From: Octopus vulgaris
Lineage: Eukaryota
Direction: 5' to 3'
Assembly (NCBI GenBank): GCA_951406725.2
Contig: OX597814.1
Location: forward strand, 149,048,001-149,112,000
DNA length: 64,000 bases
Shown here: piece after piece, positions 1 through 13,153 of the stretch
How the letters are laid out: the number at the start of each line of letters is the position of its first letter
How positions within the stretch are numbered: position 1 is the stretch's first letter
Translations under genes and position numbers: made by a program
Notes under the pieces: generated by a model
Seen by the model: the letters and a program-made list of their open reading frames with translations, nothing else
Told to the model about the DNA's origin: nothing
Databases searched by the model: none

Positions 1-1249
1 CACACACACACACGTACATACACACACAATCACACACAAACAAACATACGTGTTTACATATTTATATGTCTGTGTTTATAACAAAATTATAGATAAGGAA
101 AGTAAACAGTTTCATATATATACGATTACTCTGTATGCTTTACTATATGTACATCTGACCAATGGTTTATGAAGATGCGCACACACTTTCAGACGATTAC
201 ATAAACACACATACACATACACACATACACACCGCAAACACGTAACAAACAAACAAATTAAACACACTCAAACGACAAGAACTTGTGTATATTCGTTTGT
301 GTATACTTCAATACAGGAATATGTTGAGTAATTGCCTTTATATAAGTGTAAGACTGAATATTTCTACATTCGTATGTATCTATGAGAGTGTACATATGAG
401 TGTGTATATATGTGTCTCTGTGTGTGTCCGTGTGTACATTCGTAGGTTGTTTCTGCTAATTTTTCATTTGTATATTTGTTTGCTTTTTCTTGGTTTGTTT
501 TATCTGAGCGTCTCGAGCTTCAAGACAGCCTTTGATACACGTCCAGATTATAATTCATCTATCAGTTTACATATTATCTGATCTCGTTATCTATATTCAT
601 TGATATGACGAAAGCAATAAAAACCAGATTGATGTGTTTGATCGAATATTTCGTATTTCATTTGCAATGATTATATTCTTGAAAATTATTATCCGACAAA
701 CTGATCTGTTTCTATCGAAATGTCCTATAAAATTTTTCTGATTGTTGATTTCACACTCGATGTCTTTTATAGTCATAGTGACTACAGAAGATGAATGTCG
801 TGTTGTTAAAACAAGACATTCTCTTAAAATTGGTTTTCATATAATGACCGTCCTTGTACTGTTGTATTTGGTTTTCATATTCTGGTCGGGCACCCTTAAG
901 TGTAATAAAATACTTAGCAGGTAATATCAATATTATAGTTATAAATCTAATATATGTTTATATTCTTATATATGTCAAAATCAAAACACGTGACGGCTAC
1001 ACCGCTTATTGTGATATATCTTTAGGCATAAATATAAATTATAGAAATATCAAATGTCTCTTTGAACTAGTATTGTATATGTGGATAGCTGCAGAATCTA
1101 TCCAGACAAATCGAAATGAATGAAAAGTCAGTTGATCTCACCAGTTTTTGTAATGCAGAAAATAAGATGAAAAATCTGATTATGCAAAAAACAACATTTA
1201 CCGCAGGTTTCTCTGCATAAATATCAATAATGTCAAAGACAACAACAAA

Positions 1250-2680
1250 AAGATTAAGAAGAACAAAAACTTTGAAAATTCACAAATAAAAACATAAGGA
1301 CATTGCCTTATAGGATTACCAGTAAGTACAAATGATACTTATTCACAGTATTACATGTCCATATTATACAGCAACTTAAAAAACTAATATGTATTTATGC
1401 AAACTTGTTCAGTATGCAGGAACAAAGAGGCAGTACGAACTTCGATTAAAAGCAAAAGTAAAGGAAGTTATCACACTAAATACACATTTTATGTGTCACA
1501 TGTATTCGTATGGGGTCACTGTATAAAAAGTTATGCTTAGATAACAAACGTATGCACGGAATGAGAAAAGTTTGGTTACAAAAGAAGCCGAAAAAGTTTC
1601 CATAGGAAACAAAGTGAATCTAACTAAAAGTAAAATCGCCGCCATGTCAGATTTTAATCAGCAATTTCCATAGATCAGCAACTAAAATATTTTGGCCTTG
1701 TCAGTACGAAAAATAAATTTTATAGCTTGTGCTCAATAACATAGTTATGTAACCTGAGAACTATAAACCAAATCCTCTCAAATGCTTACATCTCAAAATT
1801 CAAAACCAAGCGAAATTAAGACTCTGAAACAATGGACACGAAATGAAAGTGTTACACATCTTTTATACTTTACAATCATGTACAATGCACATCAGCACTA
1901 TGAAACTATAGTAAGAGAAAGGTGAAGAATCTATAATATCCCAAATATTAAAGTAGAGCAAACCTTACACAAGATAAACTAGAAATAAAACCAAACGGAC
2001 AGGCAATACAGTTTTCATTTACCTGAATTAATGAAAGTAACACCATATAATTGTCTTTGGAGAAAACATTAAAAAAACTCGTAAAGAAAACACAAACGCA
2101 AGCACAGACATTATATTCCCCTCAAAATACAATAAAAATATTTCAGAACTCATCTGTAGCAGAAGGAAGAAACTGGGTCTGACAGGAAATCAGAAAGAGA
2201 CACGAAATAATTGAACTCTAAAATAATTATTTGTACCGTACGAATCAACGAATTCCACTGCCACAACACTAAACTCGAATTTTACACAGAATTACAAGTC
2301 ATAATGTAACACATCAACGAGAATTAGTATCGAGAAGGAACGAATAGAAACGATAAAGGAAATAGAAGAAAATATACTAATGAATAAAGTTAAACACTTA
2401 CCTACATAATCTTGAAATGAGCAGCCTCTCTAAAGTAACTGAGTCCAGCACGCAATGCTGCTTATTTAAACAAAATACTCAAACAGGAATTGAGTCAGTG
2501 ATCTGCACATTTGAGTAGCATTGATAATATTGAAACAATCAAGGCTAGATAACAATGGAATCTAAACCTAGTTAACCAGCCCCAACCAACAGGAAATGAA
2601 ATGAATATATATTGCATAATGCTACAAAGCGGCAAATCAATATCCATAAATAGCAAAACTGCAAAAACAGTTTTGGACGA
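1250..2680 (+). mobile_element. Highly degenerate non-LTR retrotransposon (LINE) RT remnant
   Basis: A-rich strand. Hand translation around 1605-1700 gives GNKVNLTKSKI and, after a frameshift, QQLKYFGL, resembling the G.KVN..KS and KYLG motifs of RT domains 6-7. Many stops. Confidence 0.45.
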
Positions 2681-2681
2681 A

Positions 2682-2684
2682 ACA

Positions 2685-2740
<56 letters not shown>
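2682..2740. repeat. (CA)n microsatellite
   Basis: Direct reading. Confidence 0.95.
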
Positions 2741-2741
<1 letters not shown>

Positions 2742-3529
2742 GCAGAGAATATGTAACGATAACAATATCTATGTCTATGTAAAAAGTAAAGAAACAGATG
2801 AAAGTGTGAATTCAGAAACGAGCAAACCAAATCAGCCGAAGTGCGCCGTATTAGACAACACTACGAAATGAAAATACCTTTCTTCCGGGGGAATTTGATG
2901 TTTAAATTGATATTTAAAGCACAAATCAAAAGGTTTTAAACCAATATTTCAAATGATCTTAAATCAATTTCTAAAAAATTACAATAAAAAAAACGTAGCA
3001 CTCGAGGCACAGTTTATAGAAAGAAATAAGTGTGTTCTGTAACGCAATATGGACAGTATTCAATAAGATAAAAAGCACAATCTATCAGAAAGAGAAAAAC
3101 ATCATGGTAACATATGTATGGCCCTCTACAGCCGTCAAGTAACTCATCAACATGTTAACAGTTACGAGCAACTGGAAAACTCTTGATTTATATCCATCGT
3201 TCTATGGCAGCAGAAATCAATGACAAAATCTATAAGTAAATGGCTGATGGTGAGTATTGCTTCTACTTTCAAGGATAACATTTTCGGTTATCTCTTTTGC
3301 TCGTTATTTTCAACTTGCCTCATCTTCTTCGCTCACTTATTCCAAAAAGGATCGTGGAATCAGAGTTCTCAAGTACGCTTTCTATAATCTGGGAAAGTAC
3401 ACTGATGATTAAATTTCAATTAAATATAACATTTAATCACTTATTTTCTTTATTGAAAATTCGGATAGAACTTATGGGATGACCTGAAATTTAACCTTAA
3501 AATACATCATACATCTGGCATTATTTTAT

Positions 3530-3700
3530 TCCTTTACTTGTTTTAGTCATTTGACGGAGGACATGCTAGAGTATGCTCCTCTAGTCGATGAAATCCATCC
3601 CTGGACTTATTCCCTGTAAGCCTGCTGGTTATTTTATCAGTCTCTTCTGCCGAACAGCGGCGTTATGGGGACGCAAATACACCATTATAATGGGGACGTA
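3530..3700 (-). mobile_element. SINE family B 3' fragment, degenerate
   Basis: Similar to 57361-57560 (gacttatt..tgtaagcc..; ctcttctgccgaacagcgg...ggggacg). Confidence 0.6.
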
Positions 3701-3774
3701 CGGTTTATGGTGCTGCCCTGGGTTTCACGCGCGTAAGGGATTTTATTATCATCATTATGATTATTATTATCATT

Positions 3775-4327
3775 GAGTAAAGAGCAGCGCATGCCATCAA
3801 AGTGACACTGGGGTAAAATATACAAAGCCCAGTATACCCATCGTGACTACCCGCCTGAAAAGGGTACACCAGGCACATGCATCACAACCATATGTGCGTG
3901 ACATGGTGATATCATATCAAGATTAACAGCGCATGAACTTGCAGGTGGGCCCCAGTTAGAATTTTCTTCTGGTCGAGTAGCCCATCCCGCTCAAACGGTC
4001 CCTGAATAAGGGTTATTTAAGGATGTTGAAAGAACCACCCATGTTTCCAGAGGTGAACTATTCAAACCCCAAAGAATCCCTCTCAACACATGGCTATGAT
4101 GCTCCCCCACTACTTCTGCTCGTGATCAGAGATGCACATATCGTCAGCCACTAAGGGACATGCTCAACTGGTTAAGGTCAAGCAACTGACAAGCAAATCT
4201 GTGGTATTGAGCAGAATATTTGCTGTAGCCCATCTTTTATACCAAGACAAAACAATGTACATGATAACACTTCCAATCAGTTAAGATCAGAAGCCATGAG
4301 AGCCACTGCCTGGTACTGCATCAGGGC

Positions 4328-4330
<3 letters not shown>
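3775..4330. mobile_element. Unclassified interspersed repeat inserted in an ATT/AAT microsatellite
   Basis: GC-richer ~555 bp block sharply bounded by ATT-type repeats on both sides; no ORF. Confidence 0.5.
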
Positions 4331-4409
<79 letters not shown>

Positions 4410-4430
4410 ATTATTATTATTATTATTATT
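4330..4430. repeat. (ATT)n microsatellite
   Basis: Direct reading. Confidence 0.95.
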
Positions 4431-7400
4431 AATGGATTTTACTATCAAAAAACTTGGCTTACAATGCTCTTAGTGTCCATACATTAATAGTTTCTTTAGA
4501 ATATATAAGCAATTTGCAGTAAATTTTTCCACTTAAATTTGGTCAGAAAAACGTTATTTAAAAAAAAAAATTATAACTAGATATCATTCGCCATGAAAGG
4601 ATCTAAAAATAAGAGGAAAGTCTTCCTATTAGAGTATGTCTTGGAAATGACAATAATAGCATGCATACTAATATGGAGCACAAAAGTTATATAGAATAAG
4701 TAAAATTGCAATGCAACGGGCTAACATTGGGCATGGCGTTTAGCATATATTCCTTCTCCAGTATTCAATCAGGTTTAATTTGTCTTTTGTCACTGCGTTG
4801 AATGCTAGTGCTATATATCCATGCTATATTGGTGGAATTTGGACAGAAATTAGGGACTCTTCATCAATTCCAGAATTCCAGATGCTTTTAAATTTCTTGC
4901 GCTCCTAAATATGTTGGTGACATTCTTTCGGTTTAGCTGGACCAGATTTGCGCTGCTATTTGCCCTGCTCTGTTATTAATCATTTTTTGTGGTGTGTGTA
5001 TTTGCTCTATATTCCTTCCTATTTTGCCCGAATTTCTGTTAGATGGTGATTGCGCATTGCGTAAGCGATTTATTCTTCTTCCATTTAGTATTTCCCTTAA
5101 TTCATAATCTATGCTATCTTTCGTTCATTTAATCTTATTTGCGTTGTTATTTTGTTCGTTGTTAGTTATGAGATAAGTGTTCTCCAATAGCTAAAAATGT
5201 TAGGACTGTATATATGAGTTACATTGGTTTTCAGAATCATTTTGGGTTTTATTCCTTTGTCGCTGTGTGTGATGTTAATTCGCTGAATTGCTTTCCTCGT
5301 TCTATGTGAGGTCGCTTCAATAGAATTTTCTCTTTGTTTTGGATTTCTCTTTATGACTGTTCCTCCTGTGTTGTTTATCGCCATAAGCTGTTATCTTTAA
5401 CATACCCGCGATAATGGCTGTTGTCATTGTTCAGAAAGCAATAACTTTGTTTCGAAGGCGTGCAGTCCATTGGATGACCAAAATGCCGTTACGGAGAGAT
5501 GGGTACCAACTTCAGCAAGGCTACGAAATTGTCATAGCGCAATGTATGAAATGAAAATACAGCAAATAGCGAAATTATCAATGATTATGCTTTTCTGCTT
5601 CAGCAATCATATTTATTTCAATCATTCAGTAAATGTTTAATAATAACTATGTTACTTCTGACAAAAGACAAGAGACTTATCACTCTATTGACAGGGTAAA
5701 TGTCAACCTTCAGAAATCCTTACCGCTGCATGATAATCGTCTAAAAATTGCTCTGTAATGAATTACTAATACTAACTCCACTGCTAATGTCACTAATGAG
5801 TAATGTGGTTAATTTATCAATTAATGGAATTTATTTGCTTTAATTACATAGTGCATGGAGCCAGTGTCTCTTGAATTGGTTGTCATAGTCATTTACAAGT
5901 CTATTTGGGTGACAAGAAGTGTCCAATGAAAGTTAATATTTGAAAGATTTACTGGAAAACAAAGTCCTTCGAAATAATATGTTTGCCGAATGTGTATGCT
6001 TTTATTGGAGGATACATATATGCGTGTTCTGCCTTTGTATGTTTGTTGTGTTTCTCTATGTGCGAGTGTTTAACAAAATTAAAACCAACTTTCTCTTACT
6101 TCTAATAACTTACCAGACATACGTATGTTTTTACATCATGACTGATATTAGTTATAAAAACAATCTCAACATCATCAAAGGCCAAACATTAGAAAAACAA
6201 AATTATATATATAGAAATGAAAAATCTATAAACTTATAAATGGAAAGAATCATGACTGATAACATTTAAAGAGATTAAAGCATTTTAAAACATGCTCGAT
6301 CACTTAACTCTTAAGACGTTGAGAGGTATGTAGTTCAATTAGTTTGCTCTGAATTGTACTTAGCTTAATGGGTACTTGAGAAATACTTGTTTTTACACAT
6401 AAAAGATTGCCGATAGAAAATTAATAGAAATTCATACTGAAAAATAGAAAGAAACGAAACAAAAGTATATAAAGTTAAAATAACATATCTAGACATTAAA
6501 CGTTGAGCTAAAATAACAAACCAATTAAAACCGAAATCTGTCATTATCGATCACAAGTTCATTTTATGAGATAGGTTGATCTCCTACTGATTATTAGATC
6601 ATGTCGGGATTATCAATGGTAGTAATAACAGTCATGAAAAACTAGACTGCGATGTGCTATTTTTTGTCATGATGCCGAGATCAAATCACATCAATTCGAA
6701 AATTGTTATTCCTGTAGTTGTGTTGGAAATGCCATAACAGAAAAATACTAGATTAACTCAACCAACTTTTGATTAAGCCATTTTCTTTAAAACAATTCTA
6801 ATGTAACCAACGTTAACTATATTAAGAACAACCCAGCAATAAATTCTATATATTACAGCTGTCAGCTGTATCACTGAACGAGAAATCCTTCTCGTGACGC
6901 AAGGAGGCCCTCTTATGCGCTAAGTTTGAAAAATTATCTGTTAATTCTACCGCATATGATATAACTAATATGTCACAAAATCTTATTCCTTTTCTGTCCA
7001 TGGGAATTACGTAACCGTCCTATTGCCGCCAACGGCACGAGTTGCAAGTTATTACTGATATTCTTGCATAATCCTTTTATAAGCTTTATTCTTAATAATA
7101 GATTTCTCTGCCCTAAACAATGTAGGTTCCTTCTGATCATCGTCTTTCAATTGCAATCTGCTGATACAATTACCGAGCAGCAGTAGTCCTACTTAATGCC
7201 ATTCTTCAGTTAGTCGGAAACCTATGTACTAGAAACAAAGTAGTGCACTTCCACCAAATTCACCTCATGGCCTGAACCAGCCAGCCAATGAGAAAGTTAC
7301 TTAATCACCAGCCAATAACAACCAATATTTCACAGTCGCTCAGAAGCCTTGTGACTCACTTGCAAACATTCGAGCGATCAGCTGTGTTTTATTCAATTCT

Positions 7401-7481
7401 GTGGAATTTGAATCCATGCAAATCTCAATCATATTTAATAAATCTCTGAACGAGGTGTAAACAGTAACTGCACGACAATGT

Positions 7482-7679
7482 GAGGTATGTCTGCCATCTC
7501 AATATGGCTAACCACTAGGTTGAGTGTTACTGTAGCTTGTAACCCCAGGAGAACATTGTCTCCAGCTGGCTTTAGAAAGTGTGCCTAAATCCAGCTGGAG
7601 ACAATGTTCTCCCGGGGCTACAAGCTACAGTAATACCCACCCTTAGTGTTTAGCCATATTGAGATGGCAAACACACCTC
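7482..7679. mobile_element. Palindromic MITE-like element (~200 bp), related to 41738-42238
   Basis: gaggtatgtctgccatctcaatatggctaacc...gagaacattgtctccagctgg is mirrored by ccagctggagacaatgttctc...ttagccatattgagatggcaaacacacctc; spacer ~20 nt. Confidence 0.85.
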
Positions 7680-8679
7680 TCAATCATATTTGTCAACAGA
7701 AAAAAATATAAACAATACGAAACTTAATACGTGTTCTTTATTTTCCTCCATATGTAGACCCATCTCTCTATCTACACTCTCTTCCTTTCTTCATTTATAT
7801 TTATAAAGTATGTGTGTGAGAGAGAGTATGTGTGGGTATCCCTGTGATTGTGACTGCGACAAGCTTCTCCGAAGTTTTCGTTTGTCATACTCCATTCGAT
7901 AGGTATTCAAGTTGAATATAGACAATACTCGCCTGAGAGTGCTGCACACTTAATTCGCAGATGAAATCAAGTGGATGAGAATCCAACTTCATAACCACCT
8001 TGACATGCCTGAGCGCAAAAATAGTTGTATGATTAAGAAACAATTGGCAACAGGCACTGGAGTGTTGCGTTTCATGAAATTATTAAGATACGTTAAAAGA
8101 CTCGCGATTTTTTCATGATGCTATGTCTACCTAAGTTATTAATACATGAAGCATGTATGAAATATAAATGAGGAGGTGGTGCCTCTGAATAGATAGTATA
8201 ATACAACTATTTTCATAACTTCTTTCCGTCCAAACTATTTTAGAATCAATAATGACTATTTTCTACAGCTGAGAAGTATATATTAATCGACGGCTGGACT
8301 CATTGAATGACATATAGCATTGCCGCTTGCTCGTTTAGTTTAACTACAGGACTTTAAAGCGCATTGGTAAATACACAAACCATTGTGTATTTTCAAAGTT
8401 TACAGCGCTGATTTTAATTCCTAATAACATGTTATGATTAGATAGAAGTGTACCCTACATATTATGCTTTGACCAATTTTATCGCTGCCAGAACACGATA
8501 TAAATAAATTACAATATACGAACGTTTGAAGTAACAATTCTCAGAATTTTAGTTTTGGTACTTTATAGTCAGTAGCTTAGAGATGTATCATAATATAGAT
8601 GTATAATTTAACACAACAGTAACTTATTCAAGATGCTAAATTTGATTTACTATCTTTAAAAACATAGAACATATATAAG

Positions 8680-8683
<4 letters not shown>

Positions 8684-8742
<59 letters not shown>
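8684..8742. repeat. (ATT)n microsatellite
   Basis: Direct reading. Confidence 0.95.
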
Positions 8743-9372
8743 GCCCAGAGTTATTTTTTGTTGGGCGTTTATTATTATATGATGTATGTTTTTCGTGTGT
8801 TTTGTTGTTTATTGTGATTGTTTTCTTTTATAGATTTGCATTCATCTTCAATGATTATATTTCGCTATTATACTTTCTATTTTCTTTTCTTGCCTCTCTT
8901 TTATGTTTAATATCATTATTTGATACAACTTTTTTCTACATTTATATATATATATATATATATTTGTTTGTTTGAATCTATTTGTATATTTCTTTTGTGT
9001 TTAACATTTCTTATGATATCTATCATAATGTTGATCTTTGTAAGTGTTTAGCTATCAAAACAGATTGTACAAAATTTACAAAATCAAGATATTACATTTT
9101 CTTATCGTTTTTTTTTTACTTCCTGTAATATCCATTCTTTTTTGCCAAACAAACTCACATTTTATTCTTTCCCTTAGTTTCTCTTAATGAGATCCACAAA
9201 ACTTTTTACGTAAGAGTTGTTCATTTTTCACTCTAGGTTTTCTTTTTGCATAATTAGTTTAGCTGCCTAGCTTCGTAAAACATATATACAATTATCTGTA
9301 AAATTATGCACACACCCGAACATGTGCATAGTAATCTAGACATAGAAACATCTGGACACACATACATATAAT

Positions 9373-9374
<2 letters not shown>

Positions 9375-9409
<35 letters not shown>

Positions 9410-9527
9410 GAATTACATACATACACACACAAAGGTATATTTTTGTATGTATATAGAGTTATGTATATATCTAAACATATATGTATATACATGTGTATGT
9501 ATGTATGTATGTATGTATGTGTGTGTG

Positions 9528-9590
<63 letters not shown>
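9375..9590. repeat. Compound (TA)n/(GTAT)n/(GT)n microsatellite
   Basis: Direct reading. Confidence 0.9.
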
Positions 9591-10869
9591 AATTACGTAC
9601 AGGGGGAGAAGGAGTGAGAGGAGTTAAAGAAACAGATTGAATTCAATCTTACACTGCCTTCTATACTGATTATTGATTTTTCACACATTTGATGTTTTGC
9701 AGATAATTCTTGACTGTAGTTAATCACAGCTGATTTTCAATTTAGCTTTTATTTTCTTATTTCGAAAAATGTGTACTGGTAATTACTTGTTTTATGTTGT
9801 TCATTTGAGGTGTTATTAAAATCCTTCTTGATTGTAATTTTGTTCTCCATTGTGTGTTTTGAGATTTTAACTTTTCTTGTGCTTTATTGCTTGCTTCATA
9901 TCTTTGCATTGCATTGACATGATAAATCATGGTTCATTACTTACACTTACACCCATTTATAGCAATATGTCATTGGGTTATTAAATATTCTTACTTACAT
10001 ACGTAACTTTAAAATTATTATTGATTATTTTCTTGTAAAATTAGTTGCTCTTACGATACAAACAAAATTTCAAAAGCCAAAACATCTTAAATATTTGTGT
10101 AAATGAATACAGCGTAAACAACTATAACAGTACATTTATTATTTCTGCTCTTTGCATGAGCCTTTTCGAAATGTAGTGCATATTGTTCGTTTTATCCAAT
10201 ATGTATTTATATATTTATCGAAAGAACAGATATACATTCAATTCATGCGTTGCTACCTGTTATATTGTATATTTCCTCCATAAAATTTCATTGTTATTCT
10301 CTTTTCCACGACATTTTCTCTGATTATTGAAAATCAGTTACCATGCTAACGACCTAAGCCTAAAACAGATATATCAAGCTAGAAATATATTGTGACTGTT
10401 TGCAACAGCGAAAGCATTTAAAAAGGGAAAAGAAATTTAAAACTTTGCTCATGAACTTACAGCATTGGGTACAGCCATTTTCCAGGTTCTCGAAAGTCAC
10501 TCCAGTACTCTAATAACAAACCAGTCTCCTCCAATAAACTTGCTTTGTCTTGAGACTGGATCTTGATCAGCTGTATATTTTGGTTGGTGCGAAAATCTCG
10601 CGTTAAAATAGATTAAGGAAGTATATACAACTGGATAGACAACTATCTGATATTCAATGAATTTTCATCATCTCTAGAAAACTTTTGCCATTCACTTAAT
10701 CATATTCCTGTTAGGAAACCTTTATACATTCGTCAACCTGCTATAAATAACTGCCAAATCACCATCAAATTCTACCTTAAGAAATAAAATATTGGATATA
10801 TGGTGACAACTGAAAATCATTTTAATGCGGGATTATTTAATCAAAATTCAACTTAGGATGAACGGCAGT

Positions 10870-11560
10870 AGTAACATTTAAGCGTCACTAATTTCAATCC
10901 ATTTGTTGTAGCGCTGAGCCACTTCGTGAAAGACCAATGGACTCCTTTCCTCCAGTATGAAGGTGTTCAGAACATTTTTTACAGCTTCCATTGCCTTCTT
11001 CAATTTGGGTAAAACCAAAAGTTACAGGGAAGGAATCTCTGCAATGTAAGGAGTGTCAATGACAGTTTTGAAGCCTATCCCTGTCAAGTAATTTGTTATC
11101 AGGATAGAAATGTGAAATGTTGCATTGTCCTGTTACAGACGCTCTCGACTTTTCCAACCAAGTCTCTACCTGAACTCATTGAAATTCCCCCAAAGTAATA
11201 ATTTTTTGCCGTCTGACTACAATGAACCTTGTGTATGTGGATCAAATCATTACTGCCGGAAAAGAGATCAGCACAAACATCATGGTAGACTTCTTTTACC
11301 CAGTTTCTAGTGGCAGTGAAAAACTGAGGTTCGGTGCATACAAGTCAATCCTTATACAGACTGGAACATTTAATAGGTTTCTGTTTCCTAATTCAGCAAA
11401 AAACTTTATTGCATTGCAAGCTTCCAAGTTGTCTCCTCGTCCCGACTGCATTTCGGATACTAGTCATCTTTGACACGCAGTGTAGGGTATGTACAAGGTG
11501 CTATTACAGCCATCTCCTTCAGTCTGAATAACAAAACTTGGTAGGTCAGCTTAGAAGTGG
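10870..11560 (-). mobile_element. Degenerate, internally deleted mariner transposon
   Basis: Minus-strand translation gives MQSGRGDNLEACNAIKFFAELG (mariner N-terminus) and NYLTGIGFKTVIDTPYIAEIP...LPKLKKAMEAVKNVLNTF (degenerate PPYSPDLAP region and C-terminal helix). Confidence 0.7.
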
Positions 11561-12923
11561 AGTAATAATATGCTAAAATTACAATAATGTAGGATAGTTT
11601 TGACTGCTTCTCCTAAAACTGTCACAGGACTTTTGGAATGTCGTATATACCGTGAGAAAATTAATGAAGACTGAGTTTGACCGACGAAACGTGGCACTTT
11701 GAGTCCTTGTTGACTAGTATTCTACAGTTGACCATTACGTATTTTAACAACATGTGATAAACGATAATGAAATAGTAGCTCCACGGATTCTGCATAAATA
11801 ATAGAATGGAAGAGTGAGAGAATGAGTGAGTGAGGGAAAGTGGGAGGGAGGGTGTATGGAGGGAGAAAGAGACCCGTAAGAGACATATGTAGACGGAGGA
11901 AGATTAAACCGAAAATAAAAACAATGCAGCCATTTCATACATTTACGTCGAACATTCATTGGCGCATATAGCACTTATACGTTGTTGTGGTAGTTTCACG
12001 TGATGTATTTTGTTTTTCCTTTGATTATTATAGTATTATTTAACAATTTCTATCATACCGCTTTTTTCCTAATTCCAATCCTGACTGGGTAATATTTGCC
12101 TTTCGTTCTTCTCATATAGATAAAGTGAAGTACCAGTAATGTACTTAGATCAATGACATTGATTAACCCGTTTATATCAAAATTGCCGGCCTTTAATCAA
12201 AATATATTGAAAGAAAAAATAAATGTTTTTTTGTTTTAATCATACCTCTTTGTATTTTGCTTTCATACACTTCTGATGTACAATGTGATTTTCAATCGTT
12301 CAGAGGTTTATAAAATATACGTCACCAGTACTATGGTTCCACCAAATGGACTTTCTCTTTCCCTCATTTCCATGCTTTTCATCTTTATTAGAAAAAATTA
12401 ATTTTTAATCCTTCATGAACGAAGATAGGGCAGAGATATGATAAAAGGTGGAAGAGAGTTAAACAACCACTACAATTACATTAGGTATTTCTATCATTGC
12501 TTTCTCAAATATGCCCCTTTATACTTGAAGAGTGTATGGCGTGATTTGGGGCTAAATTATTTGATGTTTCCCACAGATAGAGACAGTACATAGCAGACAA
12601 TACTTTTTCCCGTGGAAGTATTAAAATCATTGTGGAAATTATCCAGACATTTGAATTTTGAAAGAGATTGGTGATATCAGTATGACATGTATATGTCTTA
12701 TTCTTGGTGATGATACTCATTTTCTTTAATAACTGCATGTAATCTCTGATCGACCATGCAGATCATCAATTACATTTTCGTTTAAGACAAATATTTCTGG
12801 GTGTGCCTTATGTGAACTGTTTTTCGATGAGACTCTAATTAGTAGAACGTCAAATGTAGTCATCTTCACGCTGATTCGATTCCATAATATATAAATATCT
12901 ATCTGTCTATCTATCTAACTGTC

Positions 12924-12975
<52 letters not shown>

Positions 12976-12986
12976 TATTTATATAT

Positions 12987-13153
12987 GGTGCAGGAATGAC
13001 TGTGTAGTAAGAAGCTTGCTTCCTAAACACATGGTTCCGGATACAGTCGTCTCACTGCGTTGCACTTTGGGTAAGTATCTTCTGCAATAGACTCGGGCCG
13101 ACCAAAGCCTTGTGAGTGGATTTGGTAGAAGAAATCTGAAAGAAGCCCGTCGT
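12987..13153 (+). mobile_element. tRNA-derived SINE family B, 5' part
   Basis: Homologous to 23776-23940 (ggtgcaggaatgactgtgtagtaagaagcttgc...aaagccttgtgagtggatttggtag...gaaagaagcccgtcg); followed by (AT)n. Confidence 0.85.

Noticed and set aside
4700-6900. Strand-skewed tracts suggestive of old LINE/Penelope debris (also 12480-12900, 27850-28400, 31950-32400)
   Set aside because: Probably transposon-derived, but I could not recover diagnostic motifs
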